DNA of 57,000 bases, filler included, from Bipalium vagum (Eukaryota), in assembly GCA_037834085.1 (NCBI GenBank). It is 3 parts of 3 records of this genome, joined end to end, with 100 filler letters (N's around TTAATTAATTAA, not from the genome) between each part and the next. Parts side by side here need not be neighbours in the genome. Positions count along the whole stretch, not along the records: positions 20,588 to 40,886 come from JBBMKC010255969.1; positions 40,987 to 57,000 come from JBBMKC010132275.1; 1 more part is not named here. One strand, written 5' to 3'. The notes beneath the pieces are model-generated. The model saw nothing but the letters and a program-made list of their open reading frames with translations. It was not told where the DNA came from and made no database searches. The position numbers were made by a program, and so were the translations under genes. Below, in pieces: positions 39,190-52,050 of this stretch; positions within the stretch are counted from its first letter, which is position 1; the number at the start of each line of letters is the position of its first letter.

Positions 39190-39534
39190 CCAAAGTATTG
39201 CTAAATTAACTCTTCAAAAATTACAGGAACTAAGTTACGAAACTTTACTTCACCCATCTTATTTCCCAGATACATCTTCCACAGATTATCATCTATTCCT
39301 GTCACTTGACAATTTCCTACGAAATAAACAGTTCAAAAATCACGATGATGTTCAACATACCTTCGCCTCTTATTGAATCCCGACTCGAACTTTTTCAGAA
39401 ACAATATAAAGAAACTTGTAGGACGTTGGCAAAGTGTTGTAGATGCCAATGGGGCATAATCTGATTAAAAAAAATTTTTTTGAAGTGACTTATCGACTGT
39501 GACAAAAAGTGACAATACTTTTCCCTCAACCTAA
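39190..39534 (+). mobile_element. mariner C-terminal remnant with right TIR
   Basis: LQKLQELSYETLLHPSYFPDTSSTDYHLFLSLDNFL, then RWQSVVDANG; ends CCCTCAACCTAA-TA. Confidence 0.9.
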
Positions 39535-39659
39535 TACATAATTCATTGACAATCTCATAAAAAAGTAACATAGGCCTCTTATTAAAAAAATTTCTCGAAT
39601 GATACCAGTATTAATTTCCCTTGTATTCTAATTAATCATTTCAAATGGATATTATTGAC

Positions 39660-40250
39660 ATATTATCATTTCAAGCGAAATCCCCTTTTCAACTGAAATA
39701 TTTTTGTTAGCCTTCGCATGCAAATTGCAGATTCGTTGTCATAAATGAAGTTTAGGGTTGTGGAGAATCCATAAATCACAAAGGCAGTCTGTTTTATACT
39801 ATTTTCATTTCATGTACGTATTCATATCATATTGAGGTTCGTAGTGATATTACGCATTTTTTTTAACAATCCCTTATTAATGTATTTATTTTGTGTTCAT
39901 TCACTTTTACTGGTCGACCAAAATATGTCTCATCTTTCAATGGTAAATTACCATTTCGAAATTTACCAAATCAATTTTGATATAGACATGGTTTAATTGA
40001 TTTGACGTTCTTATCAGATTTGACGTCCTTTTTTGTGTTTCCTGGGTTTTAATAAAAATTATAGTACGTCTCAAATACAGTTCGATTTTCCCCAACGTAA
40101 AAAAAAAACAAATCAAACAAGTATTTCCAAAAATTAACTTACTGATTGGTGGTATTTAGATATAGCAACCATTTCGCTATTATATTTAAACGACGATTAT
40201 TTACTTGAAATAAAGTTAAAGGGAAGTAAAAGTTTTGCTGGATAATCAAT
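39660..40250 (-). mobile_element. mariner N-terminal remnant
   Basis: KFRNGNLPLKDETYFGRPVKV (mariner F..G...L.D..RSGRP motif). Confidence 0.65.
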
Positions 40251-40789
40251 TTTTGTCGAGCCATTCTCTCTTTGACACCCAGATACTCAATATAATCATT
40301 TTAAATCTACACCCTTATTATTTATATAATTCGGAGCTGCATAGTGATTTATTAATACATTATTTTTTGTTTGTTTAAATTATCAATAATTAAATATTGC
40401 GTAAATCATTTTATTTATTCTGTTACTTCAGTTTTTCAGTTATGGATTTTTTCAAATAATTTTCAACTAATAATTGATTAAAATTAATTATTAATAGAAT
40501 AATTATTTCAGGACTAATTGGTAAATCAGTAATTTGTACATTAAAAAAAACATTAAAGATTTTTAACTTAATCGTCACGCTCAAGTGAATTTTCTGCAAT
40601 CAATCAATGATGATTACAAAGTTTAATGATTTAATAATTCTTCAATAATTAATATGTAATCACAATTATATTTTTCTTTATTTTTTGAAGGAACTATTTT
40701 TAAACCTTGTACATCTTTCTTGAATTTCTATTTTACTTTTTTATTTTAATTTCATTAATTTTTGTTTATGTAGAAAATTATTTCATATT

Positions 40790-40839
40790 TTATATTAATT
40801 TATTATTAATATTATTATTATTATTAATATTAATATTAA

Positions 40840-40886
<47 letters not shown>
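40790..40886. repeat. (ATT)n microsatellite at a contig end
   Basis: Directly visible. Confidence 0.95.
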
Positions 40887-40986
40887 NNNNNNNNNNNNNN
40901 NNNNNNNNNNNNNNNNNNNNNNNNNNNNNNTTAATTAATTAANNNNNNNNNNNNNNNNNNNNNNNNNNNNNNNNNNNNNNNNNNNN
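40887..40986. other. Artificial contig linker (44 N + TTAATTAATTAA + 44 N)
   Basis: Identical layout to 20488-20587. Confidence 0.97.
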
Positions 40987-43900
40987 TATTTAAATCGTTT
41001 CTTTTGGTTTCCATTTGTTAAGAAAAAATTTAATTTTTATGTTTTAAATTTTTTGAATTTTTCTGATGATGAAAAATATTATGTTTGTCCCCACGAAAAA
41101 TTTATTTATTTTTTTTTTAAATATTTTTTTATATTTAATTATTTTAAAAATTTTTTTCTTAGTTTCTTTTTATCCCGGCACACACACTCATTTGTTCGTC
41201 AAAAACGTGTTTACAAACGAAGTACACTTTGTGTTGTAAGTGATTTATCATATTCACTCTAATTAATTAAATAAAATAAACATAACCTGAATTTTATTTC
41301 CCGTTACTGTCTTTATAAATTAAATCCCATTCTTCTCTTTATGCGTTTATTTCTGATAATTACAGTCTGATAAACTAGTTATCAGATTCGCTATTTTACT
41401 TCAGGGCCTCTGCACATTTCATAGTGTAGATTGATCTCCTCTTCATATAAATAAATTGTCATTTGAGTATTAATTTTAAAACTCTGTTTAAAGTGTAATA
41501 AAAAATAATGAAGTCTATTTTGTCTTTTTGTCTGAGTGATTAATACACTACCTTTGGAGTCAGATAGACTAAATTACCCACATCCATTCAAAACTTTAAA
41601 AAAAATATAAATTTAGATATTTACATTTAGAATTATAAAAATAAAGAAAGTAGGCCTTACAAAACCTTTTCATGCACATTAAATATCAATTTTAAAGTCA
41701 AATATAAAATTGATTAAATGTTTTTCTAATACCAATTATTAATTTGGAAGAATTTTCCTCACTGTCCATTGGCTCCTGAGGTTCCTTGAGATCATCAGCC
41801 CTTTCTGTAAGCTTTTTCTTGGAGGTTTGTTTTTGTTCAGGGTGGGTTTTTATCAGTTTCATTGTAGATCTCAAAACCTCTACTAACGTTAATTATTGTT
41901 GATTGTGCTGATTGATTTTATTTTTAAAGACAAGGAATAAGTTTACGTTAAGCGTGGAATTTTGAATTGCAGAATATTAATTAGGTGCGACGACGTATGG
42001 AGAGAAATTATCTGAACAGTGGTGATCATTGAAAAAGGTTCAAAGTGGGTTCTCATACCAACCTCTCATTACCATAAAAATATTTCTGATATTAGAGTTA
42101 AGGATGTGTGGAGACTTCTAGGCCCGGTCCCAAATTCAATTCCAAATCCACTTTCAAATTCTCGAAAAAGCAATAAATAAAAATTTTGTGATTTTAAAAA
42201 AATTCTAGTATTTTAGTGTTTTTTTATGTTTACGTTTTTGTGTTGTATAAAAATATAGTTTTATTTTTATATAAATATAATTTTTATTTTCATGTAAGAG
42301 ATGAAACCTGAAGTTTAATTAATTATCCTTCCTACCTGTCTAAACTATAAAATAAAATATGAAATATGAAATTATAGTAAAAATAATAAAATAATATATA
42401 AAATACAAAAATTATTATTATAATTATAATTAATTAAAAATTAATCATTTTGATGATTAATTTATAAAAAATTTGGAAAAAATTTTTTAGTAAGATAAAG
42501 TTACTATAAATAATTTTTTCAATAAAAATTTTAATCAATGTTACTATAAATAAATTTATATTAAAAAATTTAAAGTAAATTCTAAAAATAGTAACATAAA
42601 TTTACTATATTTAAAAATACAGAAAAATAAAATAATATAAATACTGAAGTATTTCAGTATCAACACACAAAAAAGATACAAAATAAAAGCGAAATAAAAG
42701 TTCTAAAGGATAACTCAGTCAAGAAGAGCAAGAGGACTAAAACCAACTATCAATATTCGAATTAACTAGAAGGGCGCAATAGACGCAAACAAACCCGAAA
42801 ACGCGGATAGCCAGAAGAAAGCAGCAGACTAATCCAGAACAAATAACGAACTATTAAATCATTCGACTCTTCAATAATTAGTAAATTATTTTTATTTGAT
42901 AAGTTTATTAGATTTGAATACGTCTAAATAAACTTTTATTATTAAATAAATAAATATAAAATAATTTTTGGTTTCACAATGTTCGCAGGTGAACCGATAC
43001 CCAAATAAAACAGTAATAAAAATTAAAAAACTATAATTCGATTATGAATTATAAGTTATTAATTAAATTAAATAAATACTAAGGATTGGATAGCTACTCC
43101 AATACCTTAGGATCAAATAATTGTTATCTTTTTTCTTATTTCCAAGTATTTTCTTTTTTTGTGTGTTCTTCACGTCTAGTAGGACGGAGAACGGAATTTT
43201 TATCTGAGGGCCCTTGAGAGTAAGATAACGAAGGGTGATCTGACTTTTCTATCAACTCTTTATCTCGGGTTTTAACTCCAAAGTAAAATTGTATTAAAAA
43301 ATAAAGTTGTTAGATTTATATAAAAATATATTTTATAAAACAACTTGTTAGCCTCAGTTGATCGATTAAAGGTTTATTGTTAAAAAAGTTTATCATTTAT
43401 CGTTTTAAAAGTTAAAAGGTTTTTGTTAAAAAGTTTAAAAGGTTTAAGTTTAGTAATCAACATTTTAACTTCGAACGTATGCACACTAAATCCTTCTGAA
43501 TTTGCATATATTTTTTGTTAAGTCCCTAAAAAGTCCACTATCGATTTTCTTAACCCGATTAGATATTAATAATCATTTTCATTTTCATATTAAAATTATG
43601 TTTTTAGGTCCAAAACTTAACAGATGCATCAACTAGATATCCTCTGTTTCTCCATGTGTGTATTCTAAAATGTATTTTATCAAGTACGCTGTACCAGAGA
43701 GATCATCTACTTTGAAAAGGAATTTTAAAATTCTGATCTCAGCATCCTTCAATGAGCCAGTGGGCCTTCCAAATACACGTGGCTCATCGCTGTCAAGCCT
43801 CTACAAATAAAAAGCTACACTTATTTGAAAATTTTTGTATTTAAATGTTTTTCTCTGGTTATGATTTTCAAAATTAATATAATGGTTTTGATTATTTTTA

Positions 43901-44348
43901 AAGTCAATATTTTTAACATAAGATGTTAAATCATTTTTAAACTTCGGCATAATCAATTCTCTGTCAACCTGTTAGTTTGGAAATAGGTTAAAATCTAATC
44001 TTTTAGTTTGGTATTAGATTAAATTTTATAAGTTTTATTTGCTACTTAATAATTTTCAGAATTATTTAAGAAAGTCGCCCATTTTTAAAAAACTTTATAC
44101 TGTTTCCTTCCTCTCATTATTAGGAATAAAGGATATCATTTATGAATCCAGAAAATTACATTTTTAATATATATAATATATATAGGGACATTACCATTAC
44201 GGCTTAAATAAAGAATTCTATTGCAAGCTGGATAATGGGCGTTATTTTACATTTTTTTACATGTATTTATCATTTATTCATTAAATTAAAGACTTGTTTC
44301 AATGAATAAATTTTTGTCTGTTTTTATTGCAGTTTTAATTTTAACTTT

Positions 44349-44447
44349 ATGCTACAAGTTAGTGTAATTGGTTGTGGTAATTGGGGTACAGCGGTTGCAA
44401 AGTTACTCGCTGAGAATATTCAGAAAAATAAAAATGCTAACGAAAAT
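44349..44447 (+). CDS. GPD1: NAD-dependent glycerol-3-phosphate dehydrogenase, exon 1
   Basis: MLQVSVIGCGNWGTAVAKLLAEN carries the Rossmann GxGxxG (GPD1 GSGNWGSAIAK); GTAATC donor, 55-nt intron. Confidence 0.92.
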
Positions 44448-44502
44448 GTAATCTAAAATTTAATTTAATAGAACATTGTATATATTACGTGATTAATATT
44501 AG

Positions 44503-44757
44503 GTTTTAATTTGGGTGCATGAAGAAAGTTATAACGGCCGACCATTATCTGAAATTATTAACATTGACCACGTCAATCCAAAGTATTTGCCAGGTATCGC
44601 TTTACCTAATAACCTCATTGCCGATACTGATTTAATTAGTGTATCTAAAAAGAGTGATTTATTCTTCTTTGCTATACCGCACCAATTTTTACCTAAAGTA
44701 CTTGATAAAATGAAAAATAATTTAAAGAAAAACGCTAAAGCCGTTTCCTTAATGAAG
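44503..44757 (+). CDS. GPD1: GPDH exon 2
   Basis: VLIWVHEESYNGRPLSEIINIDHVNPKYLPGIALPNN...IPHQF...AVSLMK. Confidence 0.96.
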
Positions 44758-44799
44758 GTATTTTATATATTATTTAAAGTTAATATATGTTCTTGTAAG

Positions 44800-44988
44800 G
44801 GTATTATTGTCGTCCCAGGCAAAGGTTTAGAATTATTATCTGATAAAATCTCTGAGCAACTAAATGTGCCATGTGCTGTAGTGATGGGTGCTAACCGTGC
44901 TGGTGAAGTTGCAAAATCAGTATTTGGCGAAGCCACAATCGGTTGTATTGATTTGGAATTTGGAAAATTAATCAAAAATCTTTTTCAA
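44800..44988 (+). CDS. GPD1: GPDH exon 3
   Basis: Removing the 42-nt GT..AG intron 44758-44799 restores SLMKG; continues ...CAVVMGANRAGEVAKSVFGEATIGC...LFQ. Confidence 0.93.
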
Positions 44989-47900
44989 GTATTTCAATTA
45001 ATTTATTTATAAAAATTAAGATTTTAATGTGATAAAATGTTGATTGATTGATTTATTTAAAACCAGGTTTAATGAAAATTAATAATTTATTTGTTAATTA
45101 TAAATATGTCTATTTTAAACTAAACAATTTTTCTGAGTTTGTTAATTTATATTTTATAAATTTATTAATATTTGTCTTGCTTAGAATATCAGTAATAAAT
45201 AAAAATATTTTAAGATGTGGTATTTATGTATATGTATTTTATAGATCAAACAATCATTGATCGCTTTAAATATTAAAAGAAAACATCAGAAGTTACATAC
45301 TACAATTAATGAATTTAATAATTAAATAATACATTTTAATTAATTAATAATAATTATTGAAATATGTGTAAATTAATTTTTGTATAAAAATTAAATTGAA
45401 AATCATTTTCAATATTGAAAGTTATATTTTAAAAAGTTTTAACATGATTAGTTTCCAGAAGAAAATCTTGTTAAAATTTTATCAAAGTTAGTTATCATTT
45501 TTGATATATTACTGAAAAGATCTAATTTTTTCCATAATATACAATCAGAATTATTAACATAACATGTTTTTCTTACCCAAAAAATCGACATATAGAGTCA
45601 AACATACAACTAGAGAACATTAGAATTGTGGAGACTCAAGAAAAATTAACAATTTTGATGTGACAATTTTTATTGGTTCTGATTTTGATGTACTTACATT
45701 TTTATTTTAATAAAAATAATAAGTATTTTTATTTAATCTGTTATGTAAAAATGAGAAATCCTAAAAGAATAAAATCAAAGCCCTAACAATTATTAATATT
45801 ATTGTGATTATTGTTATTATTATTATTATTATTGGTAATAAATTATATTAGGAAAATAAAGAAAATATATAAAAAACAAATAATATAAAAATAAAATTTG
45901 AAATAACTAGGTTTCTAAAAATAGAAATCTAACAAAAGATTTAATACAAATATAAATAAAGATACAATTTATAATAAAAAATTAAAATAGGAAAAATTTA
46001 ATGCATAAAAATGATATTAAAAATTATAATATATAAGGTTAATCAAAAAACCGACACATTACTAAAAAAATTTTTAAACATAATAAAATCATGTACCTTC
46101 CAGCTGTTAGAAAAAGTTCAAAAAATACGTTCATAAATAGTAATTCAAATTCAAAACGAAAAAAACAAAATAAATAGAACGAAGACGTGATCGTGCAATT
46201 TTGACAAGTCGCCATCACAGACGCAGGATCAACATCTATCAAATTATGCTTTTTGATACCGTAATTTCTAATTATTATATAAATTGTTGTCATTTTTCTG
46301 ATATTTATTATAAAATCTGGTAAACTGTCCCTAAAATCACATTTAAATTCACATCTTCTGGTAATCACTATTAAGTATGATTAAGTAAGTATTTGTTTTC
46401 ACATTTTTCCTATTTCTCTTTTTGTTCGTAATTTACACAGCAGTAAGGGCTAGTAAATTACCCCAGGGCATTTCCACAGTTTACAGAATAACTGTTAAAG
46501 GATTTAGGATTTCTCATTTAAAATTTGATTGTAAAACTACATTTTTGCAAATAGAAATATTTGTTATTAATCGATTTGTTTTCATTTTGTTCTATTTTAT
46601 TCACAGTTCCGAACTACACTCCATAAAGCCTTCTGATAGTAATATACGTTTTGTTGAGTGACCTAAAAGCCCCATATCGATATTTTTAACTTAAAACTAA
46701 TCACTTTTAGGAACTTAACAGAATTAAAAAACCCCTCGTTCATTAAATGACATTTAGTGAACAAAAAGATTTCATTGGTCTAATTTTTAACCAATAAAAA
46801 AGGTAAATTCATTTTATTATTTACAATAACCAAGTACAAACCAAGAAAAAAAATCAACATTAGATAACATAATAGCTTTAGGATGCACAGGAGTGACGTA
46901 TAATAATAATAATAATAATAAAACTTTTTTTATTCCATCTTAGTATTTAACTTTGTTAACCACTCATTAAAAATACCTAAAGTCATTCAAATTTTTGATT
47001 ATTATATTAATAAACAGGGAAATTTTGTTTTTTGATTCATTTGAAACAATGATAATTTGCTGACTTTTCGATACGTATTGATTTCATTTTTTCTCCATCA
47101 ATACTTGTAAAAAGTAAAATGTTGATTTTTTGAAATTTCTCCATTTGTATTTGTCTGCTTAAAATATAATCCTGTTTCGTAACATTTTTCGTCATATTCT
47201 TAATTTATCATAATAACAACCTTTAAAACTTGTAATTGAAACAGTTTCAGGTCCGCCAGAATGTCTTTGAACAATCAAACAATTTTAATGTTTATTTTAA
47301 AATTGAATATTTATTTCTCTGTTGTTTGAACATAAATATCTAGGTTCACAAAAATTTTCCTTAAAATTTTACGTTACAATCGCGATAATGATTGGTTTTT
47401 TTAAAATATTTTTTGTTGTTATTTCTCATCAAGACAAAATACATTTTTCTAGCATTAATATGATTCGAATTAATATTCTACAGCTGGATACATTCACTAG
47501 TATCTTCTGAAAGTGTTTTATTTATCACTTGAAAACAGAATTTTTTTAGTACATGATTTAAATCTCAAGATCTTATTGTTTTTTTGTCAAGGATAAAAAA
47601 TCAATTTATAATGTATTTTCAACCATTGTAAAAATGGTTAGCAATCACTAGAAACGATATCAGCTTATTTTTAATGGAGTTTAACTAACCTAATACTTTT
47701 ATAATATTGAAATACCAAGAATCTTAGAAAATTTCACTAAAATTGTTTTGAAGTCTTATCACATGAATTTCGATTTTTAAATTTTTGTAAACCGCAATTA
47801 TAGAAATTATTTAGACTTTGAGAAGTAAATTAAAAAGGTAGGAACCCCTTTGAAGTTGGTCATCAGAATAAAATCGTGTTACAACAATGGCAAATGATAC

Positions 47901-48054
47901 TGTTTTATCAAGTAATGTACTTTGAATGTTTAAGTCAAAGATTATTTAATAAACTAGAATTTAGTTTTTTAAAATATACACGATAATTAACGAATTATTA
48001 AATAAAAATCTGTTTAAAAGGAGAGCTTATAGTCCGGAAAATACGGTAACTGAA

Positions 48055-48195
48055 CATTTTTGAGACATACAATTTAGGAAAATTCAAATATTTATGTAAA
48101 TATAATTTCACAATATAATATATTTTCATAATATAATCATTTTTGAGACATACAGTTTATTTAGGAAAATGAAAATATTTTTGTAAATATAATAT
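48055..48195. repeat. Imperfect direct repeat of about 55 bp just upstream of GPDH exon 4
   Basis: CATTTTTGAGACATACA...TTTAGGAAAAT..AAATATTT.TGTAAATATAAT occurs twice. Confidence 0.8.
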
Positions 48196-48233
48196 AATAA
48201 ATGTATTGAATTTTTATTAGAATATTTATTCAG

Positions 48234-48480
48234 ACTGATTATTTAAAATTTGTTATCACTCGAGATCAAGTTGGTGTAGAATTATGTGCTGCTCTAAAAA
48301 ATATAGTGGCAATTGCCACGGGTATAGTTGATGGATTAGGTCATGGAGATAACACAAAAGCTGCATTTATCCGTTTGGGATACTGGGAAATATTATCTTT
48401 CATTGAACAATTCTATAAAAAAAGGAATGTCGATAAGATGACAGTTTTTCAAAGCTGTGGTTTTGCTGAAATGTTCATGT
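48234..48480 (+). CDS. GPD1: GPDH exon 4
   Basis: [49 protein letters not shown]...SCGFAEMFM; CAG acceptor and GTAAGT donor. Confidence 0.96.
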
Positions 48481-49823
48481 GTAAGTTTATTTTCAAATTA
48501 TCACAGCAATTATTAATTAACCTGAATTTGAAAGGAAATCCACTTTGAATGTCATTTTATTTTTTAAGCAGATCTGAGACATATATATTAGTGGTCTACA
48601 AAATGATCTAAATTGACATTTTAAGTGAACTAAAACTCAATACATTTAATATAGTCAAGAAATATAGCAGATTTTAAAATCGGTTATGTACATTAAGAAG
48701 TATATAGAAGTTAAAAACCACCATTTCTTATTTCTGGCATATAAAGTCTGAATATTTAAACAAAACAATTATTTAAAAACTTTCAATATTTTTACCTTTA
48801 AGATGTATTGATTTTGGCTATCTTTGTTCCTTAAAAATATCTTCTACAGTTAAGCGGGGTAAAACAGTTTAAAGTTTCAAACATCTGACACATTTTATAC
48901 GATTCATAAATTTTGAATTTATGTGTCAAGATGACATTGAAACATTTCAAAGCTTTTCGCCTTGATTTTTTTCTGGAAGATTGCATTAGCCAAATTAAAT
49001 TCAATTAAAAGCAAATAAAAAAAGGAAATTTAAAATATCTGAAATCAAAATTAATTAAATGTCTTTGATTCTGAATCATCCTATTTAAGTGGTATCTTGA
49101 CATGATCTCTACACATGTCCGGGGTCTAAAATTTTTTTGAGATTACATAAACATTTTTTATGTATCTCACAACGCTGATTACAAAAATGTGTATTTCAAC
49201 AGTCTAGGTTTTGAGATAATGATTTTTAAAGGTTATTTTGTATTTATGGTAATTTAAAATGATTAATATTAATTAAAAATTTTTTTACATAATCGTATAT
49301 TTGAGTTAATTTAAATGAAAGGACACACCGTTATATATTATTCATACGTTATAAGTATAATGATGAAAATAATATGAAAAATGAAAAATATAATTTTAGT
49401 GATCCTGAGGACATTTGTGTATCTCTGATAAATAAAGTTTTGAAATCTGGTTTATATTTTTTATATTATAAATTATATTTCAATTAATGTAGTTGTTCTT
49501 TATTTAAGTTGGTTATGTAAATTTTATAAAATATATATAAACCACAAAATAACTCAAAACAGATTCGAAAAGCTATACCCGAGATCTGTAAAATCCGTCA
49601 ATAGTCCGTCGGGTCACATCACAGATCATTACCAATCAATACTATTCACCATTATAGAAAGTTTAAGATTAACCGAACCTGTTTAAAGAAATGATTTTGG
49701 AATCTTTTCAACAATAATTATTATGTTTATTAAAACTTAAGCTTGAAATTATAATTTTTTTTATTATCTTCACGAAAAGATCAATAATTAAAAAATAAAA
49801 TAATTATAAAAAAACAATTTTAG

Positions 49824-50125
49824 GTTTGGCGCACGATAAAAATCTTATGTCAACCCCGATTGACAAGTGTTATGGATCAAGAAATATTTTGGCTGGAATG
49901 AATCTTTCTAAAACAAAATTAACCTTATCTGAAATTGAATCAAAGGTTTTAAAAGGAGCTAAAGCAGAAGGTGCCCACAGTGCGGCAGAGATTTACGAAA
50001 TGTTGGTTCATGCTGGTCAGCAGGAACTATATCCAATCATATCGACCGTTCATAAAATCTGTATTAGAGAAGTTGAACCAATTACTCTTATTGTTGTAGC
50101 TCAAAATCACCCAGCTCATTTTTAA
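49824..50125 (+). CDS. GPD1: GPDH exon 5 (last)
   Basis: TTTTAG acceptor in phase 1; CYGSRN...LKGAKAEG...YPIISTVHKIC...QNHPAHF-stop. The total model is 1092 nt, 363 aa. Confidence 0.9.
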
Positions 50126-50249
50126 AAAGTATTTATTATTATTGTGTCATTTCAAAATTTTGTTTATTTTTTCTCACTTATTATTTTTTTCTTTATTTGC
50201 GAAATTCAAATATCTCACATGATGTCTACTAAGGTTTATTTCACGTATA

Positions 50250-51400
50250 CAACTGTGACCAAAAATTAAGGTGAATTATGAAATAATTTAACTCACTTAG
50301 ATATTTGTTTAAAACAATTAAATTGATTGTGTTAATATATCTATCATAGATGAAATTTCGAAATTTTTTATTAAAGTATTGAGAAGACAACGATTTATGT
50401 GAGCATTAATATTTATCTATTTCTAATTTTAGATGTGAAACTTTGTGTAACAAAGAAGCGTATTAAATTTTGCATGAAAAATGAAATTAAATGTTCGAAA
50501 GCATGCATAATGATGCAAGCATTTTAAAGAAAGATGCTACTTAGTGAACGATGAAGACCACTCAGGAATTCCATCAACATCTAGTACTGATAAAATTATC
50601 GACCAAGAAAAGAACAGATCACAAAGAATCCTCGATTGACTGTCAAAGAAATTGCTGTAGATAATATAATATCGTATGGATCCTGTCAAAACATCTTTAC
50701 CGACATATTGGTTCAAGGTTTATTACCGCTCAGTTGAATTTTCAACAAAATTGAATGGCAGATAAATTTCTCAAGCTGAAGATAAGACCTTCATAAAAGA
50801 GTAATAACTGGTGACGAGACCTGGATATTAGACTGACATGGAAAAAAAGGCATGGAATGGAGGTACTCATCCTCACCAAGACTAAAGAAAGTAAAACAAA
50901 GTTGATCACATTTAAAAGTCTTGTTGGCTGTTTTCATCGACTATAAATAATTGGTGCTCAATGAATTTGCTCAATAAGGTCAGATAACCAATAATGACTA
51001 TTATTTATTTGTTACGAGACGATTGCGTGAAGCAATTCATCAAGACGGTCAGGAATTTTGGAAAATAACACATGTATGATACACCATGCTACCTCCTCTG
51101 CTCACAGTTCCATGATTTTTACTAATTTTTGGCAAAGTGATTCAACCACATTTGATCCACAACCACCTATTTGTTCCCAGACCTGGCACCTAGCAATTTC
51201 TTTTTGTTCCAGAAATTAAAAATTTCACTGAAAAGAAAGAGATTTCAAGGAAAAGAGGAGTTTCAGCTAAAGTCCATTCCAAAAATTTCGACAGTTGGAA
51301 AAATCGTTGATACTTTGGAAACTACTTTAAAGGAATAAATAAATATTGATGATTAAATACATTTGGCGTTTTATTTCATAATTCATCTTACTTTTTTCAA
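50250..51400 (+). mobile_element. Near full-length decayed mariner with both TIRs
   Basis: Inverted repeats AAAAATTAAGGTGAATTATGAAATAA and TTATTTCATAATTCATCTTACTTTTT; peptides RIKFCMKNEIKCSK, VITGDETWI and PDLAPSNFFLFQKLK. Confidence 0.92.
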
Positions 51401-51608
51401 ATGATATCCAATGAAACTCAGCTCTGACATGATAAATTCTGGATGAAGAAAAAAAAATTTTACATTGGAGGTTACTTCTTATTATGGACTCAGTTTCCGG
51501 CATCGCATAGACAGGATGAACTCAAGATTTGCCTCAGCAGTATTACTAATTGATATGATACCAGATTGAATAAGAAAAAGATTGGAAGTATTGGGCATAA
51601 GTGTTAAT

Positions 51609-52050
51609 ACAGTGGGCGAAATAAATAAGCTCACTCTATTAAAGGTGGTTAACTCTTTAATAGGAGGTGCCCTATTGAATATATAATTATTTTAAATTTA
51701 TCTATATTATATAAAAATATATATATATATATTATATATATAGATTTGTTTATCTGGAATAAATATTGATTATAACATTGAAATATTTAAATTTATTTGT
51801 TTTTAATATAATTTTAGAATAAAATTGTGTATAAAAGAATTAGCGAAATTGATGGATTGCGCATTTGCACTCTTAAAGAAGGCCATTGCTGGTCACATTA
51901 CGAAAATAATGAAAGAACGATACAAGGTGGCCCACCATAAGAAAAAGAGGAATTCAAAAACTTTGGCAGAAATATATTTCAACAGGAAGTGTTCGTGATA
52001 AACAACGCAATGGCAGACCAAGAACTGTAACTTTACTAGACAAGAGACTC
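51609..52050 (+). mobile_element. Tc1-like left end and decayed N-terminus
   Basis: TA-CAGTGGGCGAAATAA terminus typical of Tc1 elements; degenerate coding remnants follow. Confidence 0.4.

Noticed and set aside
31244-44975. Antisense ORFs at 31244, 32613, 36904, 38249 and 44763
   Set aside because: They are shadow frames opposite real exons with no independent support.
49822-49867. AG|GT recursive splice point or 44-nt intron removing the GPDH insertion
   Set aside because: Joining 48480 directly to 49868 shifts the frame and destroys CYGSRN.
7571-50125. Receptor, PAN, MTSS1 and GPDH genes as a functional cluster or novel system
   Set aside because: They lie on pieces separated by artificial linkers and share no evident pathway.
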